Positions 19,837 to 29,889 of a stretch of DNA of 62,746 nucleotides are shown here, in pieces. This DNA is from Verrucomicrobia bacterium UBA3624. Lineage in GTDB: Bacteria; Verrucomicrobiota; Kiritimatiellia; RFP12; UBA1067. Numbering within the stretch: position 1 is the first letter of the stretch; every line of letters starts with the position of its first letter. Made by a program: the position numbers and the translations under genes. The DNA lies in the NCBI GenBank assembly GCA_002373695.1, contig DFLH01000011.1, positions 1 to 62,746 on the forward strand, in the 5' to 3' direction. The notes beneath the pieces are model-generated. The model searched no databases, was not told the origin of the DNA, and saw only the letters and a list, made by a program, of their open reading frames with translations.

Positions 19837-22598
19837 GGCAGGGACTCCACATCGTTCAGCGTCTTCAGCCACGCGTCCCTTCCGCCGTTCTCGCCGGCCA
19901 CGGAAAGGAACCACATCGTCCCCCTCGGCTCGTATGTTCCACCTGGAGCCAGTACAAGCGTCGTCTCCGGCACGAACATCGCATCCGGGTGCTGGGTTTT
20001 TCCCCCGTCGGAGGTGAAATACACGAACATCGACGCCGTTGACGCCCGTGTCGTGCCGCCGTAGTAGGCGCCGTCCGCCTTGCGGAACCAGACGTCCGCG
20101 CTGGGCGCTTTCCAGAGGTTGGGCACGCTCTTCAAGCCGCTGTCGCCATCCTTGTCGTTGGCGTATGGCGCGTATTGGCGGAAATAGAAGGATTTCAACG
20201 CCACCGGAACCTTCCCCTTGTTGGACGCTTTCACCAGATCGCACAGGAACCATGGACGCCCCTGCACCGGTACGATCGCGTATGAAAGCGACAGCTCCGT
20301 TCCGCCCGCGTCCAATTTCCCCGCGACGTGCAGGACGCCATCCTTCCACTCCACCGCCGTGATCTTGCGCAGATTGTGCCAGTAGGAGCTTCCGCGCAAG
20401 TCGTTGCAGATCATTCCAGTGAAGCGCCCGACCGCAACACCGCCAACGCTCACCTCGTCGAAAATGTCCATGCCTCCCACGCGGCCCTTCAGGACAAGTC
20501 CCGCATCGTTGGAGACGATGTACCTGTCGCCATCCCGCGCACATCTGGCCCCGGTTCCGCAGCGTAGCACGGCACGGGCCCTCTCCGATGCGACTCCCGT
20601 ATTATCCGGCAGCACAGGCCATTCTGCCGGCAGGGGCGCCTTCCGCCACGCACCCGCTTCACGGTGCAACCGGGCGAACATGGACGTGATTTCCGGATAC
20701 GCCTCTCCCTGCAGGTTTATGAGGCCGTAGTTCGAATCCTCGGGGAAAGCGTCGCTTATGCCCTCCGCCGGTTCGTCGACCCACATGAAGTAGTCGTACC
20801 CCAGGAAAAACGGCAACGACAGCATCGTTTTGGCGAAAAGCTCCGAGGCTTGCGTCCTGAGCGCCTGCGTCTTGAATCTCTGGCCCGCGCCGCCAGTGCA
20901 TGGCAGGCCTGAATCGAGCGCCGGGAAGCTCCATTCCGTGATCAGCATCGGCCGCTTGACGATTCTGTACTGTTCCATGAAGACGTCGGACACGCGCCCG
21001 CTTTGCGGATTTTTGTGCATCATGACCACGTTCCGGTCCAGGTCTGCCCAAGGATAGCAGTTGAACGTCACCACGTCGCAATACTTCCCCGATGTTTCCC
21101 AGACGGCGGGATGCGCACCGTTGACGCCCGCGAAACGCGCACCCAGAACCAGATGGTTCGGATCATGGCGCCGGATTGCCTCGGACGTGATGCGGAAATA
21201 GCGGTCGGCGGCAAGCCGGAGGAATGCGAGCTTCACGTCGGGAGAGACCGCTCCCGCCACGCCATTCGCGGCAAGGAACTCCTTTTGCGCCTTCTTTGCC
21301 GAATGTCCGTCCGGAAGCTTGGCTACGGCGTCGAAAAGCCCGGTGTCGCGCGCCCCCCGCCCCCACCAGGCGAGTTCGTTGTCAATGAAGTACCCGAACA
21401 TCCACGGATCGTCCTTGTTCGGCCCGCATTTCACGCGCGCAACGTAGTCGCACCAGGCGGCGAATTTCGGATGGAACACGTTGGGGAAGGCGGAACACGG
21501 GCGATGCTCGTTCGGACAGATGTAGCACTCCGCCGGCATCCCCTCCCTGCACAATCCGTCGCCCATACCGAGATGCAGCGCATGCACAAGCCCGCGGCGC
21601 CACAGTTTCACGTCGCATCCGCCGCCCAGCATGTTGAAGCCCCAGGCCTTCAGGCGGGCAAGGGTGTCATCCTCCCAATCCGCCTTGTCAGGGAATTTCT
21701 TCTTGTTTGCCTCAAAATGCACGCTGCGTCCGGTGCGCTGGCTCCAGTGGCCCCCGTATCTCACATGGTCGACCCCGAACAGCACCATGCCACGTCCAAG
21801 CGGATCGATCGTCCACCAGCGCCCGTCCCCCTTCTGCTCCACATGGAAGAATCCCGTCGCCTTGCCGACGACGCCCGGCACGAAGCAGTTTGACGCATAT
21901 GGCGAAATCGCCGCGGACGGATCGGCCGCACGTTCCGGCACAGGGTCTGAAAACCCGACGTCGATCTTCGCGAAGAAGCCGCGGAAACCGCCGTTCGCGT
22001 GCAGGCCCGGCCGACCGCACTTCACGGCCTTCACCTTACCGTCGGCTCCGGGCGCGGGGAATGCGTACCTTGAAACGAAAAGCACGACGCCGGACACATC
22101 GCGCACCTCGCCCCTTACGCCGGACGGATCCACGGACAGCGTCATGTCATACGCCTTGCCGTACGTCCAGACGCCGCCATCCCGCGCTTCCGTGCGGCGC
22201 AATCCGTCGGTCGACTGCGCGAGCCAGTTCCCGTCGCGCATTTCGCACAGTTCGAAGAAACGCCCGCCGGGACGCCCCTGGCCGTCAGGCGGCGCCTGGA
22301 CGAACGCGACATGCCAGAAATTCATGTCGTCGTCCAAGACCATCAGCCCCATGGTAGACCAGCCGTTCGTGCCGCCGGCCTCTGGCGTCAACCGGGCGGA
22401 GACGGACACGCGCCCCATCCGCCCGCAACGGTAAGACAGCTTGTTGTCCAGCACGCCCAGGACCGTGAACGCGTCTTTCGTGGAATCTTCCGTCCAGGAT
22501 ATCGGATTCCCCTCCCAGACGTCAAACGAACACTTTGCAGGAGCGGCGAAGACCACCGCCCTTGCGGCCAACACGACGGCTAGCGACAATTTTTTCAT
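19830..22598 (-). CDS. Secreted GH50/agarase-like (clan GH-A) glycoside hydrolase
   Basis: TGFFHVE..RWWTIDPLG, WGFN, GYFIDNEL, DPNHLVLGARF, PMLITEW and EDSNYGL motifs. Confidence 0.75.
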   Translation of the reverse strand: MKKLSLAVVLAARAVVFAAPAKCSFDVWEGNPISWTEDSTKDAFTVLGVLDNKLSYRCGRMGRVSVSARLTPEAGGTNGWSTMGLMVLDDDMNFWHVAFVQAPPDGQGRPGGRFFELCEMRDGNWLAQSTDGLRRTEARDGGVWTYGKAYDMTLSVDPSGVRGEVRDVSGVVLFVSRYAFPAPGADGKVKAVKCGRPGLHANGGFRGFFAKIDVGFSDPVPERAADPSAAISPYASNCFVPGVVGKATGFFHVEQKGDGRWWTIDPLGRGMVLFGVDHVRYGGHWSQRTGRSVHFEANKKKFPDKADWEDDTLARLKAWGFNMLGGGCDVKLWRRGLVHALHLGMGDGLCREGMPAECYICPNEHRPCSAFPNVFHPKFAAWCDYVARVKCGPNKDDPWMFGYFIDNELAWWGRGARDTGLFDAVAKLPDGHSAKKAQKEFLAANGVAGAVSPDVKLAFLRLAADRYFRITSEAIRRHDPNHLVLGARFAGVNGAHPAVWETSGKYCDVVTFNCYPWADLDRNVVMMHKNPQSGRVSDVFMEQYRIVKRPMLITEWSFPALDSGLPCTGGAGQRFKTQALRTQASELFAKTMLSLPFFLGYDYFMWVDEPAEGISDAFPEDSNYGLINLQGEAYPEITSMFARLHREAGAWRKAPLPAEWPVLPDNTGVASERARAVLRCGTGARCARDGDRYIVSNDAGLVLKGRVGGMDIFDEVSVGGVAVGRFTGMICNDLRGSSYWHNLRKITAVEWKDGVLHVAGKLDAGGTELSLSYAIVPVQGRPWFLCDLVKASNKGKVPVALKSFYFRQYAPYANDKDGDSGLKSVPNLWKAPSADVWFRKADGAYYGGTTRASTASMFVYFTSDGGKTQHPDAMFVPETTLVLAPGGTYEPRGTMWFLSVAGENGGRDAWLKTLNDVESLPW

Positions 22599-22670
22599 GC
22601 AAACAGTATAGCATAACCGCACACGTCCACGTCACCAACTATTTTCCCGCTTCAAATCGGCAACGTCCGT

Positions 22671-24977
22671 TCATCTGAGAATCAAGGCGACGGTTCCGCG
22701 CCGTACGCTTTCATCTTCATCGACAGACCAGTAGAGCGTGAATTCACCGTCGCATTCTTCGTCGCTGGACATTCCGACGATCTTATACGTGGCGCCTTTC
22801 TTCACATGCAGCGAAACCACCGCCATGTTGTCGTTCTCCGGCAGCCACTCGTCGCACATTGCCAGACGTTCGATCTTCTCAAGCCTGTCATCCGTGTATA
22901 CGGCGATGTACGTACCGCCATCCCAGTCCGCCAACGCCGTGCAGAATGTCGCAGTCCCCGACGCCGGCGCCGTCCACTTGTACCAGATGGTGTGGTATTG
23001 ATGCCAGTAGTAACCGTCCTGCAGCGTATGCAGAGGTTCGCCGTCCTCGACGGTGTAAAGCGAACAGTCGGCGACGTCCCTCCGGCCGTTCGTTCCCGCG
23101 ATGACGATAGGATCGTTGAAGCCGTCTCCCTTGGGAGGTCCCGCGGACGTGTCGTACGTGTAGACCGCCGATACGATTTCGCTCGGCGGCATGTCGCCGC
23201 ACCAGGCCCTTGCCTTGAGAACGGCATCGTCGTCGATGCAGATCGGCCCTGCATACGCGGGGCTGTCCGCCGTAGGGTCCGTTCCGTCAAGCGTGTAGCG
23301 GACGACCGCACCTTCCGTCGCGCACGTCACCGCCACGTTGGTGCTTGGATAGAAAAGGCATGATGGCGGTTCCAGGACCGGGGGCGAGACGGTTTCGACG
23401 CCGGCAAGCGTGAAATCTTTCCCGCACTGGTTTCCTACGACAGGGGGCGGCGATGAGAAGTAGTTGCCGAATGTACTGCCCGAAGTGACGATCCTAGTTC
23501 CCGTATTCGCCTTCAAGGTCACCGTGCTTGAAGCCGTGCTGGCGCCAAAAGACGCCGATACGGCATAGGTGCCGGGCGGCATGACGAGCGCGTACACGCC
23601 TCTGGCGTCGGTGGTGGCGGTCAGGGCTTGCGTCGTATCTTGTCCGGAAGTCGAAGTCGTGGATTGCGGAATGGCCACGACCATGGCATTCTCCACTGGC
23701 GCGCCACCAGCCGAAATGACGCGTCCGCTGCAAATCACGCCTCCATGCGTCTGGTCCGTGAATATGTTGCATACGCAGCAGTTGATGACATTGAATGGAA
23801 CGACATTCGATCCGTCGTACGCGGACATGTACGGTGGCGCGTACCAGGCGTCTCCATATCCGCTCCAGCCGAAGTTGAGATGGAAATACAGCGTCCCGTC
23901 CGAATATCCGTACCCGTCGCCTATGACCGCATGGCCGAAATTCCCGTTTGTCGCCTTGATCCCCAGGACCACGGGGAGCTTCGCGTCGAGATTTGAAACG
24001 ACAGCACGGCGCAAAGCGTCGTTTCCGCTCACGTTGGACGACCACTGAAACGCCAGCGCGTTTGCATACCGGAACATGTTGGTAAACGCGTACGCCAGCA
24101 TGTACGTGCCCGCTCCGCTTCCCCCCTCGCGGTAATCCATGCCGCAGCATATGCCCACATCCGAGACCAGTTTTCCGAGAGCCGCCCGCTCTTTCGAAGC
24201 CAATCCCGATCCCGGTTCGAGCGGCATGTCCGCCCAGTCGAAAACGCCACCCTGCGTCGTGAGATTCGCCCGTACGCCGTCCACCTTGCACGGAACCGTG
24301 TATTGCGGCAGGCTGGCGCTTGCGGCCGGATGGCAGAAAAAGCGCATCACCTGGGCGCCAGCCGTGGCGACGCAACCGCACGGATAGTTGCTCGGAGTGC
24401 AGTCGTTGAAGCCGCAATCTTCCTGATCCCATTTCGATTTCACAAGCGGCGGCACCCGCAAGTCCGAGAGCGATGCCACGCCCTGGCTCCCGCTTGTGGA
24501 AAGAAGTTGCATCCCACCCCCCAGGAGACGGGCCCATTTCTCCTCGTTTCCGGATGCGGACGAGGCTGCCGCTCCAACCCCCATCAGGCCTGCAGATCCG
24601 CCTTCCGGCAGAGCCTGGACGCGAGCCGCTACATCATTCTTGAGCAGTTCCCAAAGCGGATTGCCATCATCCTCCACCAGTTCGTCCCCAGAAGAAAACG
24701 CTATGACTGGCGCAAGGCGCGTATCGGCAGATGTCACGACAAAACCGCGCCGCGACATTTTCACCACATGGAACGACACGCCGTCGGAAGGAGTGCACGT
24801 GCGCACAGATGCGGCCTCGCCATCCAACCGGCATCCCAGGGCTGGCGCATCCTGCATCCAGCGCTGCACCGCCGCTCGCGCCTGACGGGCCGAAACAGTG
24901 ACGGCGCAAAGTGCGCATGGCATGACGCTCACCATGCACAACCAGAATGCAAAGACGCTGGACGATACGGTTCTCAC
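22671..24977 (-). CDS. Peptidase C10 (streptopain-like) with propeptide and C-terminal accessory domains
   Basis: Catalytic GCVATAGAQVM, GHAVIGDGY, FHLNFGWSG; chitobiase-like RYTLDGTDPT; ends RRGTVALILR. Confidence 0.9.
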   Translation of the reverse strand: MRTVSSSVFAFWLCMVSVMPCALCAVTVSARQARAAVQRWMQDAPALGCRLDGEAASVRTCTPSDGVSFHVVKMSRRGFVVTSADTRLAPVIAFSSGDELVEDDGNPLWELLKNDVAARVQALPEGGSAGLMGVGAAASSASGNEEKWARLLGGGMQLLSTSGSQGVASLSDLRVPPLVKSKWDQEDCGFNDCTPSNYPCGCVATAGAQVMRFFCHPAASASLPQYTVPCKVDGVRANLTTQGGVFDWADMPLEPGSGLASKERAALGKLVSDVGICCGMDYREGGSGAGTYMLAYAFTNMFRYANALAFQWSSNVSGNDALRRAVVSNLDAKLPVVLGIKATNGNFGHAVIGDGYGYSDGTLYFHLNFGWSGYGDAWYAPPYMSAYDGSNVVPFNVINCCVCNIFTDQTHGGVICSGRVISAGGAPVENAMVVAIPQSTTSTSGQDTTQALTATTDARGVYALVMPPGTYAVSASFGASTASSTVTLKANTGTRIVTSGSTFGNYFSSPPPVVGNQCGKDFTLAGVETVSPPVLEPPSCLFYPSTNVAVTCATEGAVVRYTLDGTDPTADSPAYAGPICIDDDAVLKARAWCGDMPPSEIVSAVYTYDTSAGPPKGDGFNDPIVIAGTNGRRDVADCSLYTVEDGEPLHTLQDGYYWHQYHTIWYKWTAPASGTATFCTALADWDGGTYIAVYTDDRLEKIERLAMCDEWLPENDNMAVVSLHVKKGATYKIVGMSSDEECDGEFTLYWSVDEDESVRRGTVALILR

Positions 24978-25022
24978 GGCATCAGTGTAGCAGATTCCAG
25001 CAGCTCGCGCAATACGCCAGCC

Positions 25023-25599
25023 TCATGGCAGGTGGCGCGAGGCGAGCTCCAGAAGCGCCCGACGGGTTCGTCGATAGAGCGGCACGTCTGCCGTCCAGTC
25101 GTTGAACGAGCGCACGCACTTCCTGACAAGCGCATCTGCTCCTGCCTCGTCGCGCGACCTGGCTCTGGCGATGATCTCGAAATCCTCCATGCCTTGCCGC
25201 ATCGCCTCGAATCTGACGCTAGACCACGGCCCATCCGGCCCGGGATACAAGATATGCGTGTCTCCGGCGGGAAGAGTCAAGGAGCCGTTGCCGGCCGGAC
25301 CGAAGCAGGAACAGTTGAATGGGTCGCGGCCTTCGCTCCAATGGTTCAACCCCCAGTGGAGGTATCCTTCTATGCCGTCGACTGCGCACGCCCAGGGGAT
25401 GAACATCGGCTTTACAAGTTCGCCGTCAAGCAGCCGGTTTAGCCACTTGCCGCCAGGATCGCAGCAGGTGTAGATCCAGATGCGGTCGCCGCATTGACGA
25501 CGCGCGTTGTCGAACATCGTGCGGTTGGCGTAGTATTTGGTCGGCTTGGGGCACCAGATGTCGACTGCGCCCGCAAGCTGCGGCGTCTCCACGCTTCAT
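25023..25599 (-). pseudogene. DUF4091 glycoside hydrolase remnant (C-terminal part only)
   Basis: WIYTCC, GYLHWGLNHW, GDTHILYPG and SVRFE motifs in a 189-aa frame. The RBS-linked ATG at 25599 is out of frame with it. Confidence 0.7.
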
Positions 25600-25657
25600 A
25601 TGCAGGTCTCTCCTCATCAGTTTACGGACACGTCGAACGCGCCTCCCTTTGGACATG

Positions 25658-28372
25658 TCACATGCAGCACGCCCTGCCGGCGAGCAGCGAGTCTGCCAAA
25701 CGCCGCCAGACCTCCCTGCACGGCCCCTTGAGCAAAGTGCAGCGTATTCCACGCCCGTTGCACAACTTTTCGAAGGCCGTGCCGAACTGCGCCGAATGCG
25801 TGGGATCATTCAACTGCATTCCCGGACGCGCAGGATAGGAGCCCGGCCAGTACTCGATCACTATCTCGGGCGCCTTTGACGGTTCGATGCTCCTTGCGAG
25901 CGCGGCCGGAGAATAGCGCTCGATCTGCGGCAGAAGCTCGTCGCGCCGGGACAGGAACTCGTCGAAGGTTCCGCATCCGAAGGCATGCCCCCCGTAAGTG
26001 ACGCCCGGCACCCATTCGCGCATCTCCGCCGGATCCAGGCTCGTCTGCGGATAGGCGGCCGCCACTATGCGCACGCCAAGCGCGTTGCCGTCCGACAGCG
26101 CAAGCGCAAGCGACGTGCACGCCCCTGCGGAACCGCCGGCGAGGCCGATCCTCGATGCGTCGATCCCCCACTCGGCCGCGTGTTCGCGAAGGAATCGTAT
26201 GGCCGCAGACGCGTCCTCGGCCACGGCCGACACTGGCGGCTTCGCCCCGGGCGCATCCTGCAGAAGCCGGTATCCCACGCTGGCCACGGCCACGCCACGC
26301 CCAAGAAGCTCCGCCACGTGTTCGCCAACAACCACGTCAAGCGGATCGCCGCCGGTCCACGAACCGCCATGGATGTAGACGGCAAGAGGGCATGCGGAAT
26401 ATGTTCCGCGCGGAACCCAGACGTCGACGGTCTGCCGATGATGCCGCCCATAGGACGCGTGCCGGTCGGGACGCGGGATGCGCATCGTCGCCTTGGTGCG
26501 TGAATTTGTCACCGTAACCCACCTTGGCTCCTGCTCGTCAAGCGGATATTCGATCCATATCCGGCAGTCCGAGCCGTCAGACCAGTCGCCTGTCGCGGAG
26601 GCGAAGTCGCAGAGACCTACAGGACGTGGCGTCTGCGTGCGCTTCGAGCTCAAGTCGAATCCGAAGCGCATCGGGACGCTGCATGCGAACATCGACGGCC
26701 AAGCCGTATCCACCGGCGTGGCGACGAGCTTGCCGGTGAGGTCCTTCAATCCATCGCAGCCTCTGGGAGGCACGGCGCAGGCATGTATGTTCCCGTCGCC
26801 GAAACGCATGTCGCGCGCAAGCACAAGAGGCCCTCGCATGAAGGCAAGGTGGCTGTCGAACTCGACGTGGCGGAGAGGCATTGCGAACTCGATCGTGGAG
26901 CTGTCGCCCTTCCGCCACACGCGCTCCTCCGTGCGATAGCGTCCGCCGCCGTCCGCCCAGCCTGGGATCCGCATCTTAAGCGCGAACCGCGCCTCTCGGT
27001 CGGGATATGTGCGCACGGTTACGCGTCCGCCACGTGGGTAGTCCGTCTCGACAACGAATCGCACCCTCACGCCTCCCGCCACGGCCGTGAATTCCGCAGG
27101 CGCGTAGACGTCCACGCATACGGCGCCCTCGGAATCGACGCGGGCAAGATGGTCCAGCAGCGCCACAAAGCCGCGCGGGCCGTTGGCGATGCAGCAATTG
27201 ATCGGCAGCCCGCACTGCGCGCCACCCTCGACGCGCGGACCGGAAAGCGGACAGTACTTCGAGAAGGTGCTGCCGTCTGAAGAAAGCGCGGCCAGATAGG
27301 CGTTGTAGAACGTCTTCTCGAACTCGTCGGCCCATCTGGGGTCGCCTGTCTCCTCCAGCATCGCGCCGGCCAGCCGCAGCCATGTTATGGTCACGCACGT
27401 CTCCATGGTGTCGAACGCCTGGCGCGTCTGCCTGCGCCTGCCATGGTACCAGCATTCGAACGTCGCCCCGGATCCGGCCACGTTGATTTCCGTGTCGCGT
27501 ATGTTCTCCGCCGTCTTCAGCACTGCTTCCCGCACGCGCATGTCGCCAGACGCTTTCGCGTACGCCATCATGCCCATGCAGCAGCTCATCATCTCGTATG
27601 CTTTGGCGCCCTGCTCGCGTCCCCACCAGTTGTCCGGCTGCGGCCAGCGGTCGGCAACGTCCACGCCGGCAAGGGCCTTGCTCAGCAGGGCTGGCCCGTC
27701 CTCCGCGTTGTCCATCTCCTCCACAATGTACTTCGCGATCGAAAGATACTTCCGGTCGCGCGTCCGCGCGTGCAGATCCATCACGGCCTCCAGCACGCTG
27801 AGCGCCGGCATGCCGCGCATGGATCCCTGCGAGTGGAGCGGCTTGCGTCCCGGCCCCACCTCGGTCATCAGATGTTCGCACGCGCGCGCCGCCGCATCGA
27901 GGAACCGCCGGTCGCCGGTTGCGTCATAGCGCCGCAAAAGCCCTTGCATTACGTACTTGCGCCCCCACACGTCCCAATATGCCAGGTGCGCATCGTCGCG
28001 GTAGTTGCCAAGATATCCGTCCGGGCGCTGGGCCTTCAGGATGATTTCGGACGACGATGCCATCTTGCCCTCCAGCACGCCGTCGCCGTACAATGCAGCC
28101 AGCGGCGTGGCGCCCAGCATCCATTTGCCCCAGAACTCGGTATGCCAGTACCGCTTTTCCTTCTTCCCCTCGAACACGCGCGCAAGCGCATCGGCGTCCA
28201 CGGCCCTGAGTCCGTTCGCAACGCAGGCGGCCATACGTTCCCCGGCCTGGCCTCCCACATGCAAGACGGAAACCGGCTCTGCAACGACACCGCCGGCGAC
28301 CGCAGAGGCGGCGATGCCGTCCATATTCGCCGCCATCGCCATCACAACACAAAAAGCAACCATCCTTACCAT
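25658..28372 (-). CDS. GH127 beta-L-arabinofuranosidase-like domain fused to an alpha/beta-hydrolase esterase
   Basis: EFWGKW, METCVT, NCCIANG, TDYP, MRIPGW and RGPLV motifs, then YIHGGSW, GYRL and AGGSAG. Confidence 0.85.
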   Translation of the reverse strand: MVRMVAFCVVMAMAANMDGIAASAVAGGVVAEPVSVLHVGGQAGERMAACVANGLRAVDADALARVFEGKKEKRYWHTEFWGKWMLGATPLAALYGDGVLEGKMASSSEIILKAQRPDGYLGNYRDDAHLAYWDVWGRKYVMQGLLRRYDATGDRRFLDAAARACEHLMTEVGPGRKPLHSQGSMRGMPALSVLEAVMDLHARTRDRKYLSIAKYIVEEMDNAEDGPALLSKALAGVDVADRWPQPDNWWGREQGAKAYEMMSCCMGMMAYAKASGDMRVREAVLKTAENIRDTEINVAGSGATFECWYHGRRRQTRQAFDTMETCVTITWLRLAGAMLEETGDPRWADEFEKTFYNAYLAALSSDGSTFSKYCPLSGPRVEGGAQCGLPINCCIANGPRGFVALLDHLARVDSEGAVCVDVYAPAEFTAVAGGVRVRFVVETDYPRGGRVTVRTYPDREARFALKMRIPGWADGGGRYRTEERVWRKGDSSTIEFAMPLRHVEFDSHLAFMRGPLVLARDMRFGDGNIHACAVPPRGCDGLKDLTGKLVATPVDTAWPSMFACSVPMRFGFDLSSKRTQTPRPVGLCDFASATGDWSDGSDCRIWIEYPLDEQEPRWVTVTNSRTKATMRIPRPDRHASYGRHHRQTVDVWVPRGTYSACPLAVYIHGGSWTGGDPLDVVVGEHVAELLGRGVAVASVGYRLLQDAPGAKPPVSAVAEDASAAIRFLREHAAEWGIDASRIGLAGGSAGACTSLALALSDGNALGVRIVAAAYPQTSLDPAEMREWVPGVTYGGHAFGCGTFDEFLSRRDELLPQIERYSPAALARSIEPSKAPEIVIEYWPGSYPARPGMQLNDPTHSAQFGTAFEKLCNGRGIRCTLLKGPCREVWRRLADSLLAGRACCM

Positions 28373-28457
28373 CGCACGTCCTTTTCGGCAAAGCATCTTC
28401 CTGCCCGATGCGCATATCTTACCACGCCCACCCCCCTAGCATGTCAATCGGCAATTT
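28373..28457 (-). promoter_or_regulatory. Promoter/leader element, copy 2
   Basis: TTGACA-20 nt (G-rich)-TAAGAT plus leader and RBS; similar to 14770-14853. Confidence 0.75.
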
Positions 28458-28651
28458 TGTCGTGTCGCGCAGATGGGCGCATCCGAAGAGCCAAAAATCT
28501 TGCCACTTTGAGGAAGGACGAATGTCAGCGAGTCGCCCGAAGGTCTCTTTCATGCTGCCTTCGGTGTCCCACGAATGCGGGCTTCTGTGTGTTCAGTGGT
28601 TAAGACCGCAACAGGAACTCCCGCTAAATTCTTCAGCTGTGCATTTTTGCG

Positions 28652-28680
28652 TTGCGAGGCAGACCGGCAACAGGTATACT
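28652..28680 (+). promoter_or_regulatory. Sigma70-type promoter for the DUF1080-SDR-two-component operon
   Basis: TTGCGA-17 nt-TATACT. Confidence 0.6.
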
Positions 28681-28725
28681 TTATGGCGATTCTGCGATTA
28701 GACCACCTTCAGGAGAAAGACAACG

Positions 28726-29889
28726 ATGAACAAGCTGATTATCGCGGCGGCAGCCGCAGGGATTTCCACGTCCGTGTTCGCCGGACTCTATGGCGACACT
28801 CCCGATTCGCGCCACGCATGGGCCGTCCACGACCGCAATCGCCCCAATCCCGTCAAGGTGACGGCAGAGCCTGGCCTGCCGCCGAGCGATGCCGTCATCC
28901 TTTTCGACGGTTCGGAGAAAACGTTCGCCAACTGGTGCGCAAAGGATGGTTCTCCTACGAAATGGAAGCTTGTGGACGGCACGCTCGAATCGGTCAAAGG
29001 CGCGGGATACATCTACACGAAACAGTCTTTCGGCGATTGCCAGCTTCACCTGGAATGGGCCGCGCCGAAGAAGGTGGAGGGCGTAGGCCAGGGCCGCGGC
29101 AACTCCGGCGTCTTCCTGATGGGCATGTATGAGGTCCAGGTGCTCGATTCCTACGAGACCGATCCGGCAAAGGATCCCAACCCCAACCCAAACTACGCGG
29201 ACGGCCAGGCCTCTGCGGTCTATGCCGAGAATCCGCCTCTCGTCAACGCTTCCCGCAAACCCGGAGAGTGGCAGACGTACGATATCGTCTTCCACCAGCC
29301 CGTATGGAAGGACGGCAAGCTGGTCTGGCCCGGTTCGATCACCGTATTCCATAACGGCGTGCTGACGCAGGATCACTGGGAGATGGAAGGCCTTACGACG
29401 CATTGCAAGCGCCGTCCGCTGGCCCCGCATGCCACGAAGCTGCCGTTAGGCCTGCAGGACCACGGCAACCCTGTCCACTTCCGCAACATCTGGATCCGCG
29501 AAATACCGTCCAGATATGCAAACACCACGCATGGCGGCCCTGCGGCCGACGAAAACGACGTAATGGCCCTGCGCGGCAAGACTGCCGCCCGGCTTTTCGA
29601 AAAGATCGACTTGAACAACGCATCCGCAAACACGGTCAACCAGATTCTCGAGGTGATTTCCTATTCGAAGGAAGAGCCGTTCTGCAGCGCCGCCAAGAAG
29701 CTTTGCGGAGAATACCTCGCGCAGCTGGAGAAGATGGACGACGACGCGCTGCAGGCGAACAAGGGCGCGATAATCTCCGTCAAGAAATCGTACGACGTCC
29801 TATGGCGCAACGGCATGCTGAAGGACTGCAAGCTAGGAAAGTTCGTAAACGACATTGTCGACAAAAAAGGCTGGATGAAGAAGAAATGA
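28726..29889 (+). CDS. Secreted DUF1080 protein with helical C-terminal extension
   Basis: PPSDAVILFDG, GNSGVFL, YEVQVLDSY, GEWQTYDI and LQDHGNPVHFRNIWIRE motifs. Confidence 0.9.
   Translation: MNKLIIAAAAAGISTSVFAGLYGDTPDSRHAWAVHDRNRPNPVKVTAEPGLPPSDAVILFDGSEKTFANWCAKDGSPTKWKLVDGTLESVKGAGYIYTKQSFGDCQLHLEWAAPKKVEGVGQGRGNSGVFLMGMYEVQVLDSYETDPAKDPNPNPNYADGQASAVYAENPPLVNASRKPGEWQTYDIVFHQPVWKDGKLVWPGSITVFHNGVLTQDHWEMEGLTTHCKRRPLAPHATKLPLGLQDHGNPVHFRNIWIREIPSRYANTTHGGPAADENDVMALRGKTAARLFEKIDLNNASANTVNQILEVISYSKEEPFCSAAKKLCGEYLAQLEKMDDDALQANKGAIISVKKSYDVLWRNGMLKDCKLGKFVNDIVDKKGWMKKK

Noticed and set aside
28460-28650. Riboswitch or tRNA in the divergent intergenic region
   Set aside because: No recognisable conserved motif or cloverleaf; I saw no tRNA or rRNA anywhere in the window.
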